Origin: the human T2T-CHM13v2.0 reference genome, Homo sapiens
Direction: 5' to 3' (one strand)
DNA: 64,000 nt
Assembly (NCBI RefSeq): GCF_009914755.1
Contig: NC_060930.1
The position numbers were made by a program, and so were the translations under genes. Below, piece by piece: positions 14,105-33,845 of the stretch. Below the pieces are notes generated by a model that had not been told where the DNA came from, made no database searches, and worked only from the letters and a program-made list of their open reading frames with translations. The number at the start of each line of letters is the position of its first letter. The stretch's first letter is position 1.

Positions 14105-16526
14105 AATAGATCTTTATAGTTTTTCAAAATAGATTTTTCCACTATATATATAACATATATATTATATATGTGTGTGTATATATATATAATGGAAAATCTA
14201 TTTTGAATAACTATATATAAAAAATGTGTGTATACATGCATATATATATATATATGTATATATATATTTTTTAATAGACACAGGGTCTTTCTTTGTTTCC
14301 CAAGCTGGTCTTGGTTTTAAACTCCTGGGCTCAAGTGATTTTCACACCTTGATATTCCAAAGTACTGGGATTATAGGAATGAGCCACTATGCCCAGCCCC
14401 ATTTAATATTTTTACCCACTCTCCTTGATGAGCTCTCCAAACTTTATTTGCTTCCAGCAACCAATGAGCGTTTTTAAGCAACACTATAAGTTAACACTTG
14501 TTAGGTGCTTTGGGGAAGGTCTAAAGAATACAGACAAGGTTTCTGTCCTTCAGTCACTTAGAAACCATGGGTTAGAGATGATATATTCCCAAGTGCTTTA
14601 GGACTACAGAAGAGAAGGAAATGAATTTGGGCTAACATAGACATAAGTATGGCTTCATAGAGAAAGCAAGAGTTGTGTTGAACCTATTTCATTTCAATAA
14701 AATTGGAGGACCTTTGATTTTCAGCCTTGAACTCAAAGAGTCCAGTGGGAGAGAGACACAAACTACAATTCAACATGTTAGAGTAAGAACGAGGTTTGCA
14801 CAGATGGGTCAGGAAGACATCTGAAACGAAGTAGGTGATATCTGAGTTAAGTCTTGAAGGATAAAGGATGACTAAGAATTAGCCTGGAGAAGACACAGAC
14901 TGGGGAAGAGCCAGCTGAGAGAGTGCAAACAGGACATTCCAGGCAGAAGGATCAAGTGAGCAAAAGCTTGGGGGTGACAGACAGGGAGGTTTTATGCATA
15001 AACTCTAAGCAGTGCTGTTGTTGAAAGGGAGGGACATAGGAGACAAAGCTAATAGAGAAGACACAAGAAGAGGCTTGAACTTTATCCAGTAGAGATAAAG
15101 GAGAGCTCCCGGAGGGGAGGTTTTTTAAACTCCCAATGCTCAGGCCTCTCTCCACTCCAGTGAAATCAGGAGCCTTGCAGTTGGACCAAGCATCAGTATT
15201 TTTCTTTTTATTTTTCTTTTCTTTCTTTCTTTCTTTTTTTTTTTTGACACAGTTTCACTCTGTCACCCAGCAATGGTGCTATCTCAGCACCACCACGCCC
15301 AGCTGATTTTTGTATTATTAGTAAAGATGGGGTTTCACCATGTTGGCCGGAGTGGTCTCAAACTCGTGACCTCAAGTGATCTGCCCACTTCGGCCTCCCA
15401 AATGGTGGGATTACAGGCATGAGCCACTGCACCTGGCCAGTATTTTCTTTAAGCTCCACGGGTGGTTCCCATGTGCAGGCAAGTTTGAGGATTGATGGTT
15501 TAGAGCAGTTGAGTAACTTGCCTAGGGTTTGAAAGCCAGTGAATGTGAGTCAGGATTTAAACTCAAGTATGTCTGGCTGCAAAGCCCATGCAATTAACCT
15601 TAGCACGGACCCTGAACTAAAGCAGTACTAATAGGGATGTAATAGTGGAAACAGATTATATATTTAAGAAACAGAATAGGCTGGGATTTAGTATTAGATA
15701 GAGACAGGGAGGAAAAAAACTCCCACTTTTCAGGCTTGGGGGATTGAAATGGCAAAGGCAGCATCAGCCTGTACAGAGAACGTGATGGAGAGAGGGCAGG
15801 TGTGGAAGGCAGAGGAGGCCAGTAGAAAAGGAAAGAAGAAAACTTGAGTTCATTTATAAATTTTAGGTACTGACTAGGCATGATGGCTCACACCTGTAAT
15901 CCCAGCACTTCGGGAGGCCAAGGCAGGCAGATTGCCTGAGCTCAGGAGACCACTCTGGGCAACATGGCAGAACCCCATCTCTACCAAAAATACAAAAAAT
16001 TAGCTGGGCATGGTGGTACATGCCTGTGGTCCCAGCTACTTGGGAAGCTGAGGTGGGAGGATCACTGAGCCCAGGAGGTCAAGGCTACAGTGAGCTGAGA
16101 TTGTGCCACTGCACTCCAGCCTGGGTGACAGAGAGAGAACCTGTCTCAAAATAAATAAATAAATTGTAGGTACCTTTATGATGTTTTAGCCAGCATTTGG
16201 ATAACATTTGAAGCACAGGGGATGTAGAACTTAAGATAAAGATTTAAGAGTCATTATTCCTTCATTTATTCAATAACAATGTAGGCGAGAGGTTGTGATT
16301 GAAGGAGAGTTTATAAGGGTGATGACAGGACCTCTGGATAAGACAGATGGTTAACAAGATAGGCAAAGGAACAAAAGTCCACAGAAATGACTGAGAAGAA
16401 ATCAAAGAGGTAAAAAGGGAACCAGGAAAATGATGTCAGGAAAGGCATATTTCAAGTCTTGTTGAAAATTTACTTTTAAAATGTATTAATGGGCACTGTT
16501 ACTTGGTTAACTACAGTATAAGAACA

Positions 16527-18318
<1,792 letters not shown>

Positions 18319-18873
18319 GTGTAATGATTTGAGTGTATGTGTGATAATAATGATGATCCAGATTCCTAAAACACAACTTAAGGTCCTTGTTTTAAAGATG
18401 CCAATCACTATCTGATTTGCCCACACCCCCTTCCAGGAGAATCTATCTTGTTGCCTAAGCAATCAGGTTCTTTCCTACATGTTCCCACCACAACCTCAGG
18501 CCAAAGTGGATTGGATCAGAGGTGGACACTTGACCCAAGAACAAATAATCCATTGCCTGGCCAAGTACTCAGAACCTAGTCCCAAAAGGAACAGGGTCAG
18601 TCAGGTTCCTCTCTGCTCAATAGACTCAGGAGACTAAGGGCATGGGTGGCATTGGGATCACAAATGCCACAGGACTATGTTGGGGCCATGATGAGTTGAA
18701 GCCACTTGTAAGTAAAAATTATGAAGAGGAAGAAAATATTGAAAGGACAGGGGATGTTGGCTAATAAAGGAAAACTGAACAGGTAATCAGAAAGAAACCA
18801 AGACTCAAGAGGTCGGGTGTGGTGGCTCACACCTGTAATCCCAGCACTTTGGGAGGCTGAGGTGGGTGGATCA

Positions 18874-19242
<369 letters not shown>

Positions 19243-20250
19243 CTAAACAAATAATCTTAAATATCTATATCCATTATTTCCATTGTCCAGAGCTGTCGAA
19301 TGTACATAAAACTGTAGGAGTATATGTTGGCTATAAATCAGCTTCAGCACAGACTCTGGAAGTGGAATTTAAAAATTAAGTTCGTGATACTAGTAGGTTG
19401 TGTTTTTAGTTCTGGTCATTTACTACTCCTCACAAAAGTTCAATGTAAAACAGATTGAGAGCTGTGCAGTACTCAACCTATATATGACATTATTTGCTAG
19501 CTAAAGAGAGTTGGTGCACCTGCCTTACAGACATTTATACACTAAGATAGCTATACCACCATATTGTAAGAAACATTGTAACAGGGAAGAAATCATTAGA
19601 TCACAGCTCTAAACTAGTTATATATTGGAGGCAAAAAAATTCCTTTAACAAGATTCAAAATGAATGAAAAAAGTAAAACTCTGTATTATTTTCCAAGTAT
19701 TAAAATTTTAATATCTAGGAGAAAAAAGTTGCTCATTTTATGTAATATTTGTTACTGAAAAGTTGTGGGAATATGTATACATCCACACACAAGTCTCAAG
19801 ATAAAATCATAGTCTAAATGGCCCAGTAAGGAATTTGGAAAAACTTCATGGTTAATCTTTTTTTTTTTTGAGATGGAGTCTCATGTTGCCCAGGCTGGAC
19901 TTGAACTTCTGGGCTCAAGCAATCCTCCTGCCTCCGCGTCCAAAGTGTGTGATAATAATGATGATTCAGAATCCTAAAACACAACTTAAGGTCCTTGTAT
20001 TAAAGGTATAGCCTATTTAAAGGTATAGCCTATTGCTCCTAGATAGAGATTTTCCCTCCAGGAGAATCTATCCTGTTGCCTAAGCAATCAGTTTCCTTCC
20101 TACATTTTCCCACCACAACCCCAGGCCAAAGTGGATTGGATCAGAAGTGGACACCTGACCCAAGAACAAATAGCTGGGACTTCAACATGTGTCGCTACCA
20201 AGCCCAGCTGGTTAATCCTTTTTCTTTTTCTTTCTTTTTTTTTTTTTTGA

Positions 20251-20875
<625 letters not shown>

Positions 20876-20952
20876 TAGGTCAGGTGCTTTGCAGCATTTT
20901 GGGAGGCTGTTGGGGGAGGATCCCTTGAGCCCAGGAGTTCAGGACCAGCCTA

Positions 20953-21147
<195 letters not shown>

Positions 21148-22097
21148 TCAAAAAAAAAAATACTTTGTAAAGGAAATAATCAGCCTCAATGTGTCGGAAC
21201 TTTAAAAAATACTATTGTACTTTGAGAATCCTACGTAAGGACCTCCCATCACCTGTCCCTCGAGTTGTATTTAGGAAAGCTTTTAAGCAAACATGGTGTG
21301 AAGGTTTTATAAGTGCCTTTCCACTGCCAGGCATAATGTTAATATTTTATTTTCTCACGTAGTGGTCATCCATTTATACTCCTGATTTTGTTCACTAAAA
21401 ATAGGGGTCTAGGGGCTTCTGGTTCAAGACTGAGCACAAGCATTGGCTTCTCCATCTCTCCTAATCTCCCCCAAGACCTCACCAAAATCAAAGTATGAAA
21501 AAGAACAAGGCCAGAACACTGAAGAGAATGGGAGGCAGGTCAACAACAGATGAGAGACCTATGTGTGTTTCTGGAAGGCAGAAAGCAGATGAGACAAGAT
21601 GCAAATAAACAAACCAGGACAGAAAGCACAGAGAACCCACCACAGGGGCTCCTGATGCTTGGAAGCCCATCTACCCCACCAAGACGCAGAGACTGGGAGA
21701 GGGAGACGCACCCTTAACTGGAAGTCTGATGGGGATCAACTGCACCACTTGGTGCCCCCAGCTCACTGTACCTAGCACAGAGTTCAGGCAAATAAAAAGA
21801 AAGAAAAGAGAATTCAGACCAGGTAAGGTGGCTCAGGCCTGTAATCCTAGCACCTTGGGAAGCTGAGGTGGGAGGATCACTTGAGGCCAGGAGTCTGAGG
21901 CCAGCCTGGGTAACATGACGAAACCGCGTCTCTAGAAAAAATACAAAAAATTAGCCAGGTGTGGTGGTGTGTGCCTGTAGTCTCAGATCTCGGGAGGCTG
22001 AGGTGGGAGGATCACTTAAGCCTAGAAGTTTGAGGCTGCAGTGAGCCATAATTGTTCCACTGTACTCCAGCCTGGGTGACAGAGCAAGACCCTGTCT

Positions 22098-22947
<850 letters not shown>

Positions 22948-23428
22948 TCAAACCCTGTGGTGAAAGCAGAAGCTTCTTGATGGACGTTGGCACCTCAAAT
23001 TAAAGGTCTCTTTGTTCTGGCATTTGCGGGACATGGAGCCAGAAACTAACTCATCTCCCTAAAGCCCAGACAGCTCAAAACCCTCCTATGCACCATCTGA
23101 GTCTCCATTTGGGAGAGTCCTGGAGAGGCACTTAGGCATAGTGGTAGAATTCTGAAGCCAGAAAGCTTGGATTCAAATATAAAATCTGCTACATATTAAC
23201 TATGTAACCTGCCACAAGTTATCCATTCTCTCCATGCCTCAGCTTCTTCATTTGTAAAATGGCAATAGTAATGTATTATTTTATTCATTCTAAGATCTTG
23301 AATACCTGCATAATCAGTATGTGTCTTATAATCTCATAATGGCATGTCATATTTCAACAGCATTATTTACCTTTTTAGTAGTAAACAAAATAATGGTTCA
23401 TCTTACAATTGATGGAATATTGAACTTA

Positions 23429-23790
<362 letters not shown>

Positions 23791-24112
23791 TTACACAGAA
23801 CAGTGCCTAGAACACAGGTAAACACTATATAAATGTTAGTTATTACTACCCATCTGGGGGAACAGTTCTCACATAACAGCAGAAAAAACCCACACTAGCT
23901 ATCCAGTGTATCTTTCACTAAAATAACAAAGAATTACCTACAAGGTGGCTCATGCCTGTAACCCCAGCACTGTGGGAGGCCAAGGCAGGAGGATTACTTG
24001 AGGCCAAGAGTTCAAAAGCAACCTGGGCAACATAGTGAGACCCCATCTCTACAAAATAAAAACAAACAAAAAATTAGCCAGGCGTGGTGATGTGTGTCTG
24101 TAGTCCCACCTA

Positions 24113-24980
<868 letters not shown>

Positions 24981-25474
24981 TCATCTTGGCCTCCCAAAGT
25001 GCTGGGATTACAGGCATGAGCCACTGCACCTGGCCTGTTTAGAGAGAGATTTAAGACAATATTACATTCATAAAACAAAAGAGAATGCTATGAAAAAAGA
25101 AAAATTCTAGAACAAAATCTTTCAGATTTAAAAAATATGATTGCCAAAATTAAAAATACAATTGATAGCCTGAAAAAAAGTTAAGTCAAAAAAAAAAAGA
25201 AAAAAAGTTAAGTCAAGGAAATCTCAAAGAAAGAAAATCAGAAGTTGAAAACATGAGAGAAAAGATAGGTAATACAGAGAAACAATATGAAAGGACCAGC
25301 ATCTGATTAATGGGAATTCCAGGGAGGGTGAAACAGAGGAGGAAATGATCAAAACAAAGCAAAACAGCTTCCCAGAAATAAAGGGCACAAACATTCATAT
25401 TAGAAAATCCTGGCCGGACACGGTGGCTCACGCCGGTAATCCCAGCACTTTGGGAGGCTGAGGTGGGCGGATCA

Positions 25475-25753
<279 letters not shown>

Positions 25754-28506
25754 TCACCCTTTGAACATACTGAAATTTCAAAACACCAAGGATAAATAGA
25801 AGGAGACTCTTTAAAACCTTTGAGGAGACACATGAATTCATTTGGCAACTGACTTCCCATCAATAACAATGGATATTATAATATAGTGGGAGAAATTTTT
25901 TAATGCCCTCAAAGATGTTATAAACAATTATTTTCAATCTAGAATTCTATGCCCAGCTAAACTGTCAATAATATGTGAGAGGCGGGGCCAGGCACAGTGG
26001 CTCACGCCTGTAATCCCAACACTTTGGGAGGCTGATATGAGTGGACTGCTTGAGCCCAGGAGTTTGAGACCAGCCTGGGCAATATAGTGAGACTCCCATC
26101 TGTACAAAAAAATTTAAAAATTAGCCAGATGTGATGGCATGAGCCTATAGTCCTTGATACTCAAGAGGCTGAGGCAGAAGGACAGGTTGAGCCCAGGAGT
26201 TCAAGGCTACAGTGAGCTAAGATTACGTCACTGCACTCAAGCCTGGGAAACAGGGTGAGATCTTGTCTCTAAAAACATAAAAATAAAAATTAAAAATATG
26301 GGAGCGTTTAATGAAGACATTTGCACACATGCAAGGACTCAGGAATTTTTCTTCCATATACCATTTGTTAGGAAGCCTCTTGAGGAAGTATTCCAGTAAA
26401 ACACAATAAATAGAGTAAGACTAAATTAAGAAAGAAAAAACCACAAGATTTAACAAAAGGTGGCTCCAACCCATGTGTAGGGAAGTCCCAGAATCTCAGT
26501 GATGCAGTGTGCCTAGAGAGTAACCAGATTGGAGCAAGATAACAACCCTCAAAGGGAAGTTCCCAGTGGAAAGGGAGACTTGGTGGAAGTGATTGTATGG
26601 TTTAGAACTTAGGGAAGTTTGAGGATGTAATAATTACAAATCACATGGAGGAGGGGAGGAAAGGAAATGAGAAAGTCCAGAAAACAATAAAAGATCATAT
26701 AGGAAGCTTATGGTCCAAATATGAAGCAAATTAAAATGTGGTTTAAGTTTAAACTGAAGGGATTGTTTTATACTTCCTTCCAAAAAGATATTCCTCTGTG
26801 TTAAACCTGGCAGGGCTTTATCTGTATAACTAGGCATAATTTTAGGTGATTTTTCTCAAGGTAAAGTCATTCCAGGACAGAGTCTTCGTTGCTGGTAGCC
26901 ACCACCCCTAAGTCCCAGACTGTTAAAGGAATTTCAAGGAAGTATTTGAACATTACCTTTGGAATGCTGACACAACATGGAAAAAAAATGAGGTTGAAAG
27001 TACTGGAAGTCTTGGCCTCTCCACATTCTGGGCCATCTGCTGCCAGATTGGAAAATACATGTCTCCCTTTCTCAGAGACAAACCACCTCACCAGAGCTCA
27101 AGGCTTCATCTCAAACTCAAAGTGACCTCTTCTTTTAGTTGGGGAAAGTGGTTTCTTTTATGAGGATTTTAGAGCATTAGCTAGTGCTTTAAATTCAATC
27201 GCTTTGAAGATGCAAATATTTCAAGTACAAAATCAATAGTTATGGCACCAACTCAAAGGGCATGCCCTTTCATAATCAAATTTATCATAGTTAAATGTTT
27301 AATTCTTAATAATCTTTGGTCTGAATAATAATTTCGAAATAATTTGCTTAAATTTAGCAGGCCTACAAATCAATCTCAGGAAGGCTCAAAGTCTCTTGCC
27401 AAGGACAAATTGATCCTTTAAAAAGAATTGCCGGCCAGGCGCGGGGGCTCATGCTTGTAATCCCAGCACTTTGGGAGGCTGAGGCAAGTGGATCATCTGA
27501 GGTCAGGAGTTCGAGACCAGCCTGGCCAACATGGTGAAACCCTGCCTCTACTAAAAATACAAAAATTAGCCAGACATGGTGGCGCGTGCCTGTAATCCCA
27601 GCTACTAGGGGGTGCTGAGGTAGAAGAATTACTTGAACCTGGGAGGCGGAGGCTGCAGTGAGCCGAGATCGCACCACTGCACTCCAGCCTAGGCGATGTA
27701 GTTAGACTCTGTCTCAAAAAATTAATTAATTAATTAATTAAATAAAACAAAAAGAATTGCTGGTATAACCCAGGTTCTAAGTATAAGAAAAGAGAACTGG
27801 TCTTGTAGTGGGGATGAATGGAAATTTTCATGACGGTGAGTATGAATTTGAGTTACCAAACTGGACTTGGCATCAATATGTGTAGACTGCTCTTCTAAGA
27901 AGTGTCCTGATGAAGGAATGAGACAATTGGCAGTAGCTGGAGGAGGTGTGTTGGAGGAACTTTCTTAGTTGAGTCTTGAGCAGGTTTGCAGATTGAGGAG
28001 AGAAATTAGATCAGGAGCAACAGAAAATGGGAGATACAGTAGGGCAAATTGTTGAGGTGAAGTCCCAGAAGTTAAGAAGGAATGTAAATACAAATATGAG
28101 GATTAGTTTTGAACAGGAGGAGGGTTCCCCCTTCCTTTGAGACAGGACAGGAGATAAGATATGATGCTCATTTAAGGAAGTCTGGAAGAAGTGAGAGGAA
28201 GATTCAGGTATTTACCCCTGAAGACATCAATTTTGTATATGAAACAGGAGACTGGTCCATCTGCTAAGAAGGAAAGAGATCCTGAAGTGTTTGAAATTAG
28301 TCACTACCAGAAATAAAAAAAAGTGGCAGGGCAGGGTGGCTCACGTCTGCAATCCCAGCACTTTGGGAGGCTGAGGCAGGAGGATCACTTGAGCCCAAGA
28401 ATTTGAAACCAGCCTGGGCAATATAGACCAAGACCCTGTCTCTACCAAAAAAAAAAAAAAAGAAAAGAAAAATAGCCGGGTGTGATGGAGTGCACCTGTG
28501 GTCCTA

Positions 28507-28788
<282 letters not shown>

Positions 28789-29422
28789 TCATCCTATCCT
28801 TCTGTAGGAAATGGTTCAAGTTCTGTCTCAGTCACTTTCTGACTTCCTGTTCTTAGGTAAGCCTCAACTTCTCTGTGCCTCAGTTTCCCCATTTTTAAAA
28901 AGGGACCTTCTGATCATTATGACTATTAAACAACGATGTTCATAAAGTACCTACTATACAATAAATCTTGTATTATATAAATGTCAGCTACTATCACTAG
29001 ACCTGGTGATAGACACTATATAGATACTATAATGTAAACCAAGTTTATTGGTTTGTAACTTTTAGAAACAACTTACGGATAGCATGGAAGAGCTGACTGT
29101 GGCTGGAGGCCAGAATGCAAATGGTAACAACTTCAAAAATGTAAGAATTAAAAAATATAGGGAACAAATAGAAGGCTCCAGAAGACTGGGTGAGAAGAAG
29201 ACATGGAAGTTAGTATCTTCATCCTACAAAATGGGAGTTCATGTGATATTGCTGAACATGGATCAAATAAGAAATAGGAGTGCAAATTATTTAAGTTTAT
29301 GAAGACAACAGAGAGAAGTATTAAAATAACTTAACGGCCGGGCACAGTGGCTCACGCCTGTAATCCCAGCACTTTGGGAGGCCGAGGCGGGCAGATCACC
29401 TGAGGTCAGGAGTTCGAGATCA

Positions 29423-29635
<213 letters not shown>

Positions 29636-29888
29636 TTAACATCAAATATGAGAAAAAGAGAGGGTGCAGTATGCGCTAAACCTCATCTGCCATGTCACGG
29701 AGTCAATGAATGATATGAATTTGATTAACCAAGAGATAGCAGCAGGCCAGGCATGGTGGCCCACTCCTGCAATCCCAGCACTTCGAGAGGCAGTGGCAGG
29801 AGGATCGCTTGAGCCCAGGAGTTTCGGACTAGCCTGGGCAACATAGTGAGACTTCGTCTCTACAAAAAAAAAAAAAAAAAAAAAATCA

Positions 29889-30116
<228 letters not shown>

Positions 30117-30283
30117 TTAGAACACTGGTTTGGTTCTGAATTCTGGCTGCACAAGACAATCAGCTTGGAGGCTTAAAAAGTAATTTTGTGGGCAGGGCGC
30201 GGTGGTCATGCCTGTAATCCCAGCACTCTGGGAGGCTGAGGCGGGCGGATCACAAGGTCAGGAGATCGAGACCATCCTGGCTA

Positions 30284-30542
<259 letters not shown>

Positions 30543-33044
30543 TTAAGCTCCCCAGATAATTCTAACATGCACCCAGGGTTAAGAATCACGGATCTAGAAA
30601 ACTGGAAAACATGACCAATTAAGGAATTTCACTGCTAGTAATGGAATGGTGGGATGGGGTGGAGGTGAAAAGGACAGGCTGGACACTGACTTTGTATTCA
30701 TTCATTTATTCATTCATTCAACAAATAGAGGGCTTTCTATGTGCCAGGTGCTGGTCCAAGCCCCTTTTCAACATAAGCTCTCTGTACTAGTTGATTTGTT
30801 TCCATGAACCTGAGTTGCTTTGATTTAAAAAAAATTAATGCAACAAAAATACAGCATCAGTATACAAATCCACACTTTTAAATACATTGGGCAACTAGTG
30901 AGAACCACTTCTGCTGAGTGGAAAAGGCAGCCACCTACACAGAGTGATAGAGATTGAAAAAGAATCACCTTTCACCATGGGCAGCGAGGCTGCAAGCTGA
31001 CTGGGAGAAGATAAAGGGAAGAGTGCCTGAGGGCACTGGAGAGTACCGACTCACTTCCACCGTTACACTCCCACTCTCCTCCAGAGGCCACTGAGCCACA
31101 GCTGCCAGCTGGGTTCAAAGTTCTCTGACAGTAATGGTCCCCAAAACTGCAGGATCCCATGACAGAGTAAAGAGTGGCAGGGGGGAGATAGTGTGGGGCA
31201 GGGAGGGCCAGGGCATTAATTCACCACAGCCAAGGGTAAGTCCCTAAGTCGGTGGCTTACGGCCTTCTGATCAAAATTGCAACCCTATTGCCTGTAATTT
31301 CAGTTTTCTATAAAATTGTATCTTGAAACATACACATACTCCTGAGATCCTCACTTCAAACCATTTTGAAATAACACCCTAATGATTAGTTGACAATCAC
31401 CTGAAAAAAAGTGAGGACATCAATGAGGGTTGAGAGCTCACCCAGGAGAGAAGGTGCCCAGACAGGAATCAAATGGGAAGACTGAACAAATTTCACCTAC
31501 TTCCAAATGGGCTAGGCCTGCCTGTGCCAATCAAAAGCATATTGATTTGTAACTATTAGTTTAACAGAATAACTAATCATAACTAATTATCACTTGAGAA
31601 ATACAAACCCTAATATCTGCATCAGGAAAGTGAAATACAAGTTGGGTAAGTTTCAATAATGGACACTGGGAGAAATGAAGGAGCTACAAGGAAACCAACA
31701 AGCCTTGGGCAGCTCAGTGATCAGGGCAGTTAGGTAGGCAAAGGGGCAGAGGAGGAAGGAGACAGGAAGGAAAGCAGTGAGTACGCCAAAAGCAAAAGCA
31801 TGTTGAAACTTGACATAATGATTATTTATATTTTGTGCCTGTCTAAACAACTAAATGGTGAAATCCTTGAGGGCATGTATCTATTTCATAACTCTAAGAC
31901 CTAGCTCAGTGCCCTATACATAGGAAGTACTCAATAGATATTTGTTGATTAGGTTAGGGTTGTATGAAAAAGGCTGGCTACTCTGTAGCTTTATCTAAAA
32001 ACAGCATTACCTTTCCATTTGTCTTGAAGTCAGCTCTCCTTTCATTTAAAGTTGTAAAACAGCAACAATAATGCACACTCATGTATTTAAAGCTCCCGGT
32101 TTAGAACCAGGCGAAATATTTGGCCTTTGATCAGCAATGGTCCCCAAATCTCCAAGACCCTACAACAGAGTCAAGAGTGGGAGGGAGAAGATAGTGTGGG
32201 AAGAGAGGGCCAGGGTCTCAATGCATTGATTCACCTCAGCCAAGAGTAAGCTCCTAAGTAGGTGGGTTTAGGGCTAGGCTTTTCACTGTACATCTTTTCA
32301 TTTATTTATTTTTCTAAACAAGAAAATCTATTTTTTAAGCAAACACTTATATAGCACTTACAACATGTCAGCCACTGTTGTAAAAGCCTGGAGATACTCT
32401 CACAATTGCTGGTGGGAATTTAGATTGGTACAACCTATGTAGGGAGCAATGTTATCTATCTATCTATCAATCAAATTTTACAAACAGAAATATGTTTAAG
32501 GTTATCTGTTGCAGCATTGGTTTCAATATTAAGTAATTGGAAACAGCCCAAGTGTAAGTCAGTAGGGAACAGTTTAAATAAATTATGGTATATCCACACA
32601 ATGGAATACTATGCCACTGTAAAAAACAATGAGGAAGTTATTTAAGCATTAATGCAGAAGGATCTCCAAATCATATTAAGTGACAAAGCAAGTAAGAATC
32701 ATGTGCTTAATATGATACTTTTCATCCAAAAATAGGAACAAAAGTCCATATTCACAATTGTCCATGCTTGTATAAAGAAATTCTGGAAAGATACCTGAGA
32801 ATCTAAGAACAATAGTTGCCTAAGATAGGGAACTGGGGGAGTGAGAACTGAGCAGATGGGGGACAAGAATGAAAGAGAGAGTCTTCACTGTATGCCTTTT
32901 CATATTCTTTATTTTTCTAGCCAAGAAAATATATTTTTTAAGCAAACATATAGCACTTAAAACGTGCTATAAAATTAAAATTGGTAAGTCACTTATTATT
33001 AATTCATAAATACTTATTCAAAATTTAAATTTAAAAGTATCTCA

Positions 33045-33376
<332 letters not shown>

Positions 33377-33572
33377 TTATGCAGAAAAATATCCTTGTTC
33401 TTAGGATAAAGCAAATGGGGCAAAATTAAAAAACAACAACAACAACGACAAAAAAAAACCAAGGCCAGGTGTGGCTGACGCCTGTAACCCCAACACTTTG
33501 GAAGGACAAGGCAGGATCATTGAGCCCAGGAGTTAAGATGAGCCTGGGTAACAAAGTGAGATGCTGTCTCTA

Positions 33573-33845
<273 letters not shown>

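Noticed and set aside
26867-27092. Minus-strand ORF with donor-like sites (AAG|GTAATG at 26957, CTG|GTGAGG at 27092)
   Set aside because: The ORF starts with GTG, its phase does not match the BH3 exon, and no convincing acceptor was found.
28832-28862. Strong + strand AG|GTAAG motif
   Set aside because: At a MIR edge, on a strand with no supported transcript here.
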